Notes: generated from the letters alone by a model not told the origin. Positions 1-6,747 are shown, counted from the first letter of the stretch. The stretch is DNA of 10,802 nt from Candidatus Heimdallarchaeota archaeon (GCA_015523565.1 WAKA01000217.1:1-10802); one strand, 5' to 3'. Made by a program: numbers and translations.

Positions 1-38
1 AGCCAAACCTTTCCAAATGCGTTTTTTCAAACCAAACT

Positions 39-92
39 ATGTATATTGGGATTGGACAAGCAAGCAGACTATTAGGTGTCTCCGTTCAATAG
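39..92 (+). pseudogene. Truncated N-terminal MerR-like HTH fragment resembling IS607-family TnpA (or excisionase-type HTH); probable mobile-element remnant
   Basis: ATG at 39 reads MYIGIGQASRLLGVSVQ then TAG at 90-92. This matches the typical IS607 TnpA start (M.lsigeAaklLGVsvqTLRrWd) up to the point where TLRRW should follow. Short CCAAA/TCAAA repeats lie just upstream (1-38). Confidence 0.5.
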
Positions 93-191
93 CCACCTGA
101 CATTGACCTAAATACACTTAGCGGATTAAGAAAAAACAAAGTTAAATCTTCTAAAAATATGTTTCAAATATTCCAAATTGAATATTTTCCG

Positions 192-199
192 TTTAAATA
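192..199 (+). promoter_or_regulatory. Archaeal TATA box for the 221..688 gene (probably leaderless)
   Basis: TTTAAATA lies 22-29 nt upstream of ATG221, and no SD motif is present. Confidence 0.55.
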
Positions 200-220
200 G
201 AGATTGGACAAAGCCAATCC

Positions 221-688
221 ATGAATAGGAGAATTTTGGTATCTCTCATTGCAACAATTGCCATCGAAATACTATTCTATCCACTAGAGAGCCAAATGAA
301 AGATCACGGATATGGAATTGTGGAACAGGAGCTTTCTTGGTCATATGAAAAGACAGTTATGATTGTACAGGCATGGGAACCGGTGAAGACAGTGGTTATC
401 ATTTTCATGGCATTGGACATGCTGTTTCCATTGGCATATGGGTCACTCATCTACTTTTTACATGATGAGTACGATGCAGATCCATTCAAGAACATCGGAA
501 AAAGATTGATAGTTATTGCGGTTGTCTGTGATTACCTTGAAAACCTTCTGACTTTTGTAGTGCTTTTCACTGATTTTCCGAGATTTGTTCCAATTTTTGT
601 CAGTTTTTTTGCGACTGTCAAGTTTACATTTATCCTTGCCTCATTGGTTATGTTTGCAGGATTGTTTATTAACAGAAACAAGGAATGA
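221..688 (+). CDS. Uncharacterised integral membrane protein (about 4 TM segments)
   Basis: 155-aa ORF with four hydrophobic stretches and intramembrane acidic motifs LDMLFPLAYG and DYLEN, which I recall from a widespread hypothetical membrane family. It has a TATA box upstream. Confidence 0.8.
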   Translation: MNRRILVSLIATIAIEILFYPLESQMKDHGYGIVEQELSWSYEKTVMIVQAWEPVKTVVIIFMALDMLFPLAYGSLIYFLHDEYDADPFKNIGKRLIVIAVVCDYLENLLTFVVLFTDFPRFVPIFVSFFATVKFTFILASLVMFAGLFINRNKE

Positions 689-717
689 AAATAAGTGTTC
701 AATTGAAAGCATATTGT

Positions 718-724
718 AAAAAAA
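718..724 (-). terminator. Oligo-T terminator after the tRNA
   Basis: T7 run on the minus strand directly after the discriminator base, typical of archaeal intrinsic termination. Confidence 0.6.
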
Positions 725-795
725 CGCACCTGCAGGGATTTGAACCCTGGAGACAGGCTCCGGAGGCCTGCATGATTCCACTTCATCACAGGTGC
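725..795 (-). tRNA. tRNA-Arg (anticodon CCG), intronless, CCA not encoded
   Basis: The reverse complement folds as a full cloverleaf: GCACCTG-TG-ATGA-AGTGGAA-TCAT-G-CAGGC-CT-CCG-GA-GCCTG-TCTC-CAGGG-TTCAAAT-CCCTG-CAGGTGC-G. All stems are Watson-Crick, and the Arg identity elements A20, C35 and G73 are present. Confidence 0.96.
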
Positions 796-820
796 TATCT
801 AATGACTGGAATTAATTTGA

Positions 821-830
821 GTTTAATAAA
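821..830 (-). promoter_or_regulatory. Putative TATA box of the tRNA-Arg gene
   Basis: The minus strand reads TTTATTAAAC 26-35 nt upstream of the mature tRNA 5' end. Confidence 0.45.
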
Positions 831-910
831 ATCTATGCAAGGATACGTTATGAAATACTTATTGATTAGACTTAAAAATAGACACAGACCATAAGCAATA
901 AATTGTTCGT

Positions 911-1360
911 ATGAGTTTGGGAAATAGAATGACAAGAGATACTCCAAGGCTTGGGATTATCACAAGCCAGACAAATTATGACCATACATATTTGATGGAG
1001 ATGCGAGCGAAGGAACATGCAGAATTTTTGGGATGTGAGATTACCCAGGTAGCGCATGTGCCTGGTGTTTATGACATGCCTTTGGTTTTGAAGGCAATGT
1101 TGGCTCGTGATGATGTTGATGCTGTTGTTACGTTGGGCACGATCATTAAGGGTGAGTCAGACCATGATGTATTGATTGCAAATCAGGTTGCAAGAAAGAT
1201 AACGGATTTGAGTTTGGAATTCAATAAGCCAGTTTCGTTGGGCATTTCAGGACCAAACTTGACGATGATGCAATCTAAGGCAAGGATTGAGTCATTTGCG
1301 ACAAAATCAGTTGAAGCCGCGGTGAAGATCTGGCGTGAGTTAAATCGCATGAGCAAATGA
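911..1360 (+). CDS. ribH: 6,7-dimethyl-8-ribityllumazine synthase, archaeal type (start may be ATG929)
   Basis: Motifs RLGII, VPGVYDMPL, DVDAVVTLG.IIKGE.DHD, ARKITDLSLEFNKPVSLGISGP and AVEAAV-like KSVEAAVK match archaeal RibH. Confidence 0.92.
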   Translation: MSLGNRMTRDTPRLGIITSQTNYDHTYLMEMRAKEHAEFLGCEITQVAHVPGVYDMPLVLKAMLARDDVDAVVTLGTIIKGESDHDVLIANQVARKITDLSLEFNKPVSLGISGPNLTMMQSKARIESFATKSVEAAVKIWRELNRMSK

Positions 1361-1377
1361 AGATAATTGTGTGAGAT

Positions 1378-2568
1378 TTGAAAATGGTGGTAATCAGAGC
1401 CAAATATGGTTTAATGGGTACTGAATTGGAGATAATGGAGAATATAGAAATAACGTTGGATGATGAATTTCGGGTAGTGGAGATATCGGAGAGTCATCGA
1501 GATGAAAAAGAATGCACTGTTTTGATGCCTTCATTCTACAATGCGCATTCCCATGCGGGAGATTTTGGGTTACGTGGGGTTAAACCCTCGTCTTTGGAAG
1601 AATTGGTTGGTCCAACAGGGTTGAAGGTACGTTATTTGAATTCCATATCGTCGCACAAATTGAAGCAGAATCTTCAACAGTTCAACCATGAGTCATATAT
1701 TTTAGGGGTGGGAGGCTATAATGATTTCAGGGAGGGGGGTTACCAAGGGATACTTCCCTATCTTGAGTCAAATGTTTTGAAGAAGAAACTTTTCAAGGCA
1801 CCACATCACGGACAAACGTCTCCTTTTGAATTGTGGGACAAGAAAAACGAGTTGTTGCATCAGTTCTTGAATAATCATCAGCCAATAGTTCAGATTCTGG
1901 GCAGACCAAAAACGGTTGAGGAGACGAATTTGGTATTGACTTATGGGGGGTTAGGTATTAGGGATGTTAGATATTTTGATGAACAAGATTTAATCACAGT
2001 CTGTCGGTTGGCGGCAAAAAAGAATCGGCAGATTCATATCCATGCAGGAGAAGATCCAGATTTGACAGATGAATGGAAAACCACACATGGTGAAAGTGAT
2101 ATAGAGTGGTCTGTAAAAAATTTGGATCCAGATGTCATTGTGCATGGTAACCACGGAGAAGAATCAGATTTCGAATTCCTGCTTGAGAAAAAGATTGGGT
2201 TGGTGTTATGTCCACGTTCGAACATCTTCACACGGACAAATTTGCATCCATACAAGATAATTGCAGATTTGAATTATGATCCTCTGCTGTTTGGACTTGG
2301 CAGTGACAATGCAATGTTCCATCCTTCAAACATGTGGAAAGAAATGAAGGCTCTTTTTGATAATTCAAAGTTTTCTTCCAAGGAGATTCTTCAAATTGCC
2401 ACAATAGGTGGGGCATCGATTTCTGGAGTTTCAAACTGGGAAATTTCAGAGGGCAACATATTTACGGGCAATAAATTTTTGTTTACAAGGGATTTAGATA
2501 GGAAGAAACTTTACACTGAGCTAATATTCAAGGGACGGAATGCAGGCATAATGCATTTGACATCCTGA
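1378..2568 (+). CDS. Metal-dependent amidohydrolase/deaminase (archaeal chlorohydrolase/cytosine-deaminase-like group); start TTG1378 or ATG1384
   Basis: Amidohydrolase TIM-barrel metal ligands: NAHSHAGD (HxH), DFREGG, HIHAGE, IVHG, LCPRSN and GLGSDN (catalytic Asp). It starts 17 nt after the ribH stop. Confidence 0.88.
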   Translation: MKMVVIRAKYGLMGTELEIMENIEITLDDEFRVVEISESHRDEKECTVLMPSFYNAHSHAGDFGLRGVKPSSLEELVGPTGLKVRYLNSISSHKLKQNLQQFNHESYILGVGGYNDFREGGYQGILPYLESNVLKKKLFKAPHHGQTSPFELWDKKNELLHQFLNNHQPIVQILGRPKTVEETNLVLTYGGLGIRDVRYFDEQDLITVCRLAAKKNRQIHIHAGEDPDLTDEWKTTHGESDIEWSVKNLDPDVIVHGNHGEESDFEFLLEKKIGLVLCPRSNIFTRTNLHPYKIIADLNYDPLLFGLGSDNAMFHPSNMWKEMKALFDNSKFSSKEILQIATIGGASISGVSNWEISEGNIFTGNKFLFTRDLDRKKLYTELIFKGRNAGIMHLTS

Positions 2569-2572
2569 GCAC

Positions 2573-2595
2573 ATTTTCAAATGGAAGTTGAAAAT
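2573..2595. terminator. Inverted repeat between convergent genes (possible terminator or protein-binding site)
   Basis: ATTTTCAA-ATGGAAG-TTGAAAAT is a perfect 8-bp inverted repeat 5 nt after the amidohydrolase stop, but it is AT-rich and weak. Confidence 0.3.
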
Positions 2596-2653
2596 CTGTT
2601 GCCTGTTGTTTTAAAATTATTATCAATTCTATTTTCAGAATAAACCAAATTCA

Positions 2654-3640
2654 TTATTTCCTTTTTTTAAGAATGATAACTGCAAGGGTAATGAAAGTGG
2701 TTGAAATGAGCAATCCTGCTGTTTTTTGTGAGATGGTTTCAGATATGGTCTCAGATATTTTTTCAAGCGGCGAAGTGCTGGAGGTAGTTATTGTTGATTT
2801 GATTGGGCTTTCAGAGGGCATAAGGTCTTTTACCGAGAATGACCAAGAATCTGTTTCAAAAGTGATAAAGTTTATTTCCTCGATAGTGATTGCGTCTGAA
2901 ATGTAATGTGTCATTGTATAGATCGAATGAGAATCAGGATCAATTGACACTGTGTTGAAATAACTGTCAGTAACAATATATTTCAATTCTGTTGATGTTG
3001 GTAGATAGTACCGTCCATATTCACATGACCCTCCACCACTATAGACAAACAACATCCCATAATTTTTAGAAGGAATGGAACTAGTGGATATAGGCAAAAG
3101 ATATTTAGTTTCATTGTATGCGTTTATTTGAAGTAAGTCAATATCAAAGACGACAACTTGACCTGCTTCAGAAATTACGTACACATTTTGATCCAATGGG
3201 TAGTAGAAAGAAATGAAAAAGAAATCAGCAAAATATTCAGGGATTGTCAAGTTGTAAATCGATACAGTCCCATTGAATATTTCAACCCAAGATTTGTTAC
3301 TTGTGATATGTTCTTCCAACGAAATGCCATCCGTCTGCAAATACCAATCATAAGATAATTCCACATCATTTGACCACCGAGTTTCGTTTATGAGAGGAAA
3401 TTGTTCAAGCGATGCAGAGTTATTTATAAAATCCAGATATATTGGATCATCGATTTGTTCAGTTGAATTATCCGCGGCACTTGTCAGTTGCAATTTAAAG
3501 TAACCTTGATTTGAATTGATGAAGGTCAATTTTGACGAGGCATATGGGTCATCTACTATAAATGTGCATGCCTGCACGCTGATGATTGTTGGAATTAGGA
3601 AAAGAAAAATTAGAATATATAATGGATAGGATTTTTTCAT
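2654..3640 (-). CDS. Secreted, C-terminally membrane-anchored cell-surface protein (beta-rich ectodomain)
   Basis: Signal peptide MKKSYPLYILIFLFLIPTIISVQA|C, several N-x-S/T sequons (NNS, NET, NKS, NGT, NLT), a Ser/Thr/Pro-rich linker, then TAG-hydrophobic helix-KKRK at the C-terminus. Confidence 0.85.
   Translation of the reverse strand: MKKSYPLYILIFLFLIPTIISVQACTFIVDDPYASSKLTFINSNQGYFKLQLTSAADNSTEQIDDPIYLDFINNSASLEQFPLINETRWSNDVELSYDWYLQTDGISLEEHITSNKSWVEIFNGTVSIYNLTIPEYFADFFFISFYYPLDQNVYVISEAGQVVVFDIDLLQINAYNETKYLLPISTSSIPSKNYGMLFVYSGGGSCEYGRYYLPTSTELKYIVTDSYFNTVSIDPDSHSIYTMTHYISDAITIEEINFITFETDSWSFSVKDLMPSESPIKSTITTSSTSPLEKISETISETISQKTAGLLISTTFITLAVIILKKRK
2723..2758 (-). repeat. 12-bp tandem repeat encoding ISET-ISET-ISQK in the surface-protein linker
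   Basis: Minus-strand units are ATATCTGAGACC / ATATCTGAAACC / ATCTCACAAAAA. Confidence 0.7.
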
Positions 3641-3675
3641 GAACTAACTAGTTCAAAGACATATTTATTTGTTTT

Positions 3676-3697
3676 TCAATACAATATCAATACAATA
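3676..3697. repeat. Perfect 11-bp tandem direct repeat in a divergent promoter region
   Basis: TCAATACAATA occurs at 3676-3686 and 3687-3697. Confidence 0.85.
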
Positions 3698-3851
3698 CCC
3701 AGTATAACAATGGCAAATACAGGAAATCATACAAACAAGATAGTCAGAAAAATTCATACAGAATCATTTGTTTAAAACAGACAAATAGCAATGTAAGTTA
3801 TCTAAATCTATTAAACAATGGAAACCAAATGATTTTTGAAATAATTAGGAG

Positions 3852-4793
3852 ATGATTTTGCTGTCTAATGAAGATTTGAAAAATGTTCCTGAAATCATAC
3901 CAAGCACAAAACCTGGGGAAACAATCATAAGTCCAGACTCATTGTTGCAGAAGCCGCCGTCTCGACCTCAAATAGATCCGCATACCGCGGCAAGGGCTCA
4001 TCAAGAGCTTTCTCTGAGGGAAACCATGAAGAACATAAAAAAGACAGTAGTTGTACAAAGTGGGAAAGGAGGGGTTGGCAAATCCACAGTTACCTATAAT
4101 TTGGCATTAGCATTTGCGCGTGCAGGTTTTACAGTTGGCATTTTGGATGCAGATGTAACAGGGCCAAGCATTCCACTAATGGCGGGGTTATCTGGTCAAT
4201 TTGCTAAGATTGAGGGGAAAAAGATAGTACCTACTGAGAAAAATGGGGTTCATATAATCTCCATTGACCTTCTATTAAATCAGGACACACCAGTCATTTG
4301 GCGAGGACCACTGAAGATTGCGGCAATCAGGCAATTCCTGTCCGATGTGAAATGGCCGTCATTGGACATTCTTTTCATAGATTTGCCACCTGGGACGAGT
4401 GATGAGCCATTGACAGTCGCACAGCTATTTGACAACATTTCAGGGACAGTAATTGTGACGACACCGCAAAAGGTTGCTACGCATGATGTCAGAAAGTCCA
4501 TAGGTTTCGCCACAAAAGTTGGGATGCCAATTTTGGGCATTATAGAGAACATGTCTTCCTTAACATGCCCCCATTGTGGCAACAAGGTTCCCGTGTTTAG
4601 GTCTGGGGGTGGCAAGGAGCTTGCGGAGAAACTTGGCTTGGTTTTTCTTGGAGACATTCCCCTTGAACCGCAGGTTGTGATTGAGGCAGACGAAGGCAAA
4701 CCGTCTGTGTTATTGGACACTGAGTTTGCCAAGTCATTCAACAAGATTGCCAAAAAGGTTGCGAAGTTGCTTCAGTTAAAAATTGATGATTGA
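3852..4793 (+). CDS. mrp: Mrp/ApbC/Nbp35-family Fe-S cluster carrier ATPase (start may be TTG3858, behind the SD-like AGGAGATGA)
   Basis: Deviant Walker A SGKGGVGKST, LDADVTGPSIP, VIWRGP, IDLPPGTSDE, VTTPQ, GIIENMS and the C-terminal CPHC cluster-binding motif. Confidence 0.95.
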   Translation: MILLSNEDLKNVPEIIPSTKPGETIISPDSLLQKPPSRPQIDPHTAARAHQELSLRETMKNIKKTVVVQSGKGGVGKSTVTYNLALAFARAGFTVGILDADVTGPSIPLMAGLSGQFAKIEGKKIVPTEKNGVHIISIDLLLNQDTPVIWRGPLKIAAIRQFLSDVKWPSLDILFIDLPPGTSDEPLTVAQLFDNISGTVIVTTPQKVATHDVRKSIGFATKVGMPILGIIENMSSLTCPHCGNKVPVFRSGGGKELAEKLGLVFLGDIPLEPQVVIEADEGKPSVLLDTEFAKSFNKIAKKVAKLLQLKIDD

Positions 4794-4840
4794 ATTGGTG
4801 AGAAGTGAGAAGTTTAATACTTTTTGGACATTCTTGACTT

Positions 4841-5998
4841 ATGGAATTTGAGACAAAGGCGATTCATTTTGCACAGGAACCTGATAAGGAGACAGGGGCT
4901 GTGGTTCCTCCAATACATCTTAGCACTACATTCAAGCAGGACGGAGTTGGAAAGACGCGTGGAGGATTTGAATACAGTCGAACAGACAACCCAACCCGAC
5001 GAATTTTGGAAAAGAATGTTGCGGCGCTGGAAGGAGGAAAATATGGATTGGCATTTTCCTCAGGTTCAGCGGCAACTGCCACAATACAATTGATGTTAAA
5101 TTCGGGAGATCATGTAATTTGTGGAGATGATGTTTATGGCGGCACCTTCAGGTTTTTTGACAAGGTAATGAAGAACTTTTCCTTGAAATACTCATTTGTG
5201 GATACTCAAGACCTCTCGAAACTTGAAGGGGAAATAAGAAATGAGACAAGAATGATCTGGCTTGAAACGCCGACTAATCCATTGCTCAAGGTTTCAGACA
5301 TTGAGGCAATTTCAAGGATTGCAAAGGAAAATGATCTGCTATTGGTTGTTGACAACACATTTGCCTCTCCCTACTTGCAGAATCCTTTGGCACTAGGTGC
5401 AGATATCGTAGTTCATTCAACGACAAAATACATTGGAGGTCATTCGGATGTGGTTGGCGGCATTGTTGTGCTGAACGACAAGAAACTGTATGATAAGCTT
5501 CAATTCCTTCAAAACGCGGCAGGGGCTGTGCCTTCTCCCTTTGATTGTTGGTTAGTTCTACGTGGCATCAAGACGTTGGCATTACGAGCTGAAAGGCATT
5601 CTTCAAATGCGAAGGAAGTTGTTAACTTTTTGAACAAAAAGAAAAATGAGGGATTAGTAGAAAAGATATATTATCCATTTTTGGGTGAAAAATCGAGTCT
5701 TGCCAAGAAGCAGATGAAAAAAGGAGGAGGAATGGTTTCCTTTGAGATTAAAGGTGGAGCGGATGAAGCTAAAGGATTTTTGAAACATTTAAAATATTTC
5801 CACTTGGCAGAATCCCTTGGCGGTGTTGAAAGTTTGGCGGAATACCCTCCAGAAATGACGCATGGATCATATACGGAAGAGGAAAGGTTGGAAAGGGGAA
5901 TAAGACCTAATTTAATTAGACTGAGTGTAGGGATTGAAAATGCAAAAGACTTGATTGATGATCTTAAGAATGCATTCGAATTAACATTTGGGAAATAA
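4841..5998 (+). CDS. PLP-dependent transsulfuration enzyme, most likely cystathionine gamma-lyase (Cys/Met metabolism family)
   Basis: STTFKQ, EYSRTDNPTR, DDVYGGT, ETPTNP, VDNTF, HSTTKYIGGHSD (PLP lysine), AESLGGVESLAEYP and IRLSVGIE. TTTAATA at 4813-4819 suggests its own promoter. Confidence 0.93.
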   Translation: MEFETKAIHFAQEPDKETGAVVPPIHLSTTFKQDGVGKTRGGFEYSRTDNPTRRILEKNVAALEGGKYGLAFSSGSAATATIQLMLNSGDHVICGDDVYGGTFRFFDKVMKNFSLKYSFVDTQDLSKLEGEIRNETRMIWLETPTNPLLKVSDIEAISRIAKENDLLLVVDNTFASPYLQNPLALGADIVVHSTTKYIGGHSDVVGGIVVLNDKKLYDKLQFLQNAAGAVPSPFDCWLVLRGIKTLALRAERHSSNAKEVVNFLNKKKNEGLVEKIYYPFLGEKSSLAKKQMKKGGGMVSFEIKGGADEAKGFLKHLKYFHLAESLGGVESLAEYPPEMTHGSYTEEERLERGIRPNLIRLSVGIENAKDLIDDLKNAFELTFGK

Positions 5999-6002
5999 AT
6001 CT

Positions 6003-6284
6003 TCATTTCAAATCAAGTTTCTGTTTGACTTGTTCAATCGGCAAGTCAATTTCAAGAGTTTTGTCAGTGGAAGTAGCGCCAGAAACAATTCTCAACATAC
6101 TTGAAGAAATCCCAAGAGACTTAGACAGTTTTTTAATTATTTCTTGATTGGCCTTTCCTTTGGTAGGGGCTGATTTTACATGGATAATAATGGCATCGTC
6201 GTCCTGGACGATTTTGAACTTGTTTGCCCTTGTCTTGACCCTTATTTTCAATCTGGTAGCATCCTGGTTAGTCACCACAACCAT
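6003..6284 (-). CDS. DUF167/YggU (UPF0235) family protein; start re-called to ATG6284 (or GTG6278/6275)
   Basis: RLKIRVK...IHVKSAPTKGKAN.EIIKKL...IVSGATSTDK matches the family pattern (V.apP..GkAN...ivsG.tsr.K). The extension to 6395 would overlap the divergent promoter and the profilin start. Confidence 0.88.
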   Translation of the reverse strand: MVVVTNQDATRLKIRVKTRANKFKIVQDDDAIIIHVKSAPTKGKANQEIIKKLSKSLGISSSMLRIVSGATSTDKTLEIDLPIEQVKQKLDLK

Positions 6285-6342
6285 TACATAGACGATCAAT
6301 ATATGATTATTTGTACTTTGTACCATTGTCCACCACAAAGCA

Positions 6343-6375
6343 TTATAATAATGAAGATGAAGGAGAAATGGAGGT
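6343..6375 (+). promoter_or_regulatory. TATA box plus Shine-Dalgarno site for profilin
   Basis: TTATAATA at 6343-6350 and GGAGGT at 6370-6375, 9 nt before ATG6385. Confidence 0.6.
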
Positions 6376-6384
6376 AAACGAGTA

Positions 6385-6747
6385 ATGTCGTTCAATGAAC
6401 TTGCAGAAAAAGCAGTAAGTGAAGGAATTGTGGGAGTGGGATTCCTGTTAGACCCTCAAGGCAACATTTATTGGTCTGTTGGCGAATGGCCAGGATTTGA
6501 TCCCATGGCAGTCATTCAAGCCTGGCAAAGAGGAGACAATGCAATAGTCGTCAATGACTTGAGATTCAGTGTCATCAATAAGGGTGATGACAAATATGTC
6601 TTGACAAACATGCAACAGCAAGGTCATATCATAGTTGCAAAATGCATGTTTTGGGACGGATATGTCGTTGCATGGGCACCATCTACCGTTCAAAACACGG
6701 TTGCTTACGCTGAAGTCGCCAGAATGGCCAATGCTGTTCGTTCATGA
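6385..6747 (+). CDS. Asgard-type profilin (actin-monomer-binding eukaryotic signature protein)
   Basis: 120 aa with profilin topology: N-helix, LLDPQGNIYW...W, IVVNDLRFSVI (cf. i.i.GvkY.vi), YVLTNMQQQGHIIVA (cf. Asgard TNi.g.GHl.), YVVAW and a C-terminal helix. It has a strong SD. Confidence 0.85.
   Translation: MSFNELAEKAVSEGIVGVGFLLDPQGNIYWSVGEWPGFDPMAVIQAWQRGDNAIVVNDLRFSVINKGDDKYVLTNMQQQGHIIVAKCMFWDGYVVAWAPSTVQNTVAYAEVARMANAVRS

Noticed and set aside
532-1057. ORFs 532..789(-), 685..894(+) and 872..1057(-)
   Set aside because: They overlap the tRNA, the membrane gene or ribH and show no recognisable motifs; they are shadow ORFs.
911-1360. Archaeal riboflavin synthase (RibC, a RibH paralogue) as an alternative call
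   Set aside because: It lacks the DTTFAR-type N-terminal motif, and the GE.DHD and KPVSLGISGP motifs fit lumazine synthase.
3665-3757. 30-aa Cys-rich minus-strand ORF MNFSDYLVCMISCICHCYTGYCIDIVLKNK
   Set aside because: The Cys codons come from the TGTAT repeat composition, there is no SD or properly spaced TATA, and it overlaps the likely promoter. Ribosome profiling would be needed to rescue it.
6285-6395. N-terminal extension of the DUF167 ORF and ORF 6180..6377(+)
   Set aside because: They run through the divergent promoter and the profilin SD/start, and DUF167 proteins are about 90-100 aa.
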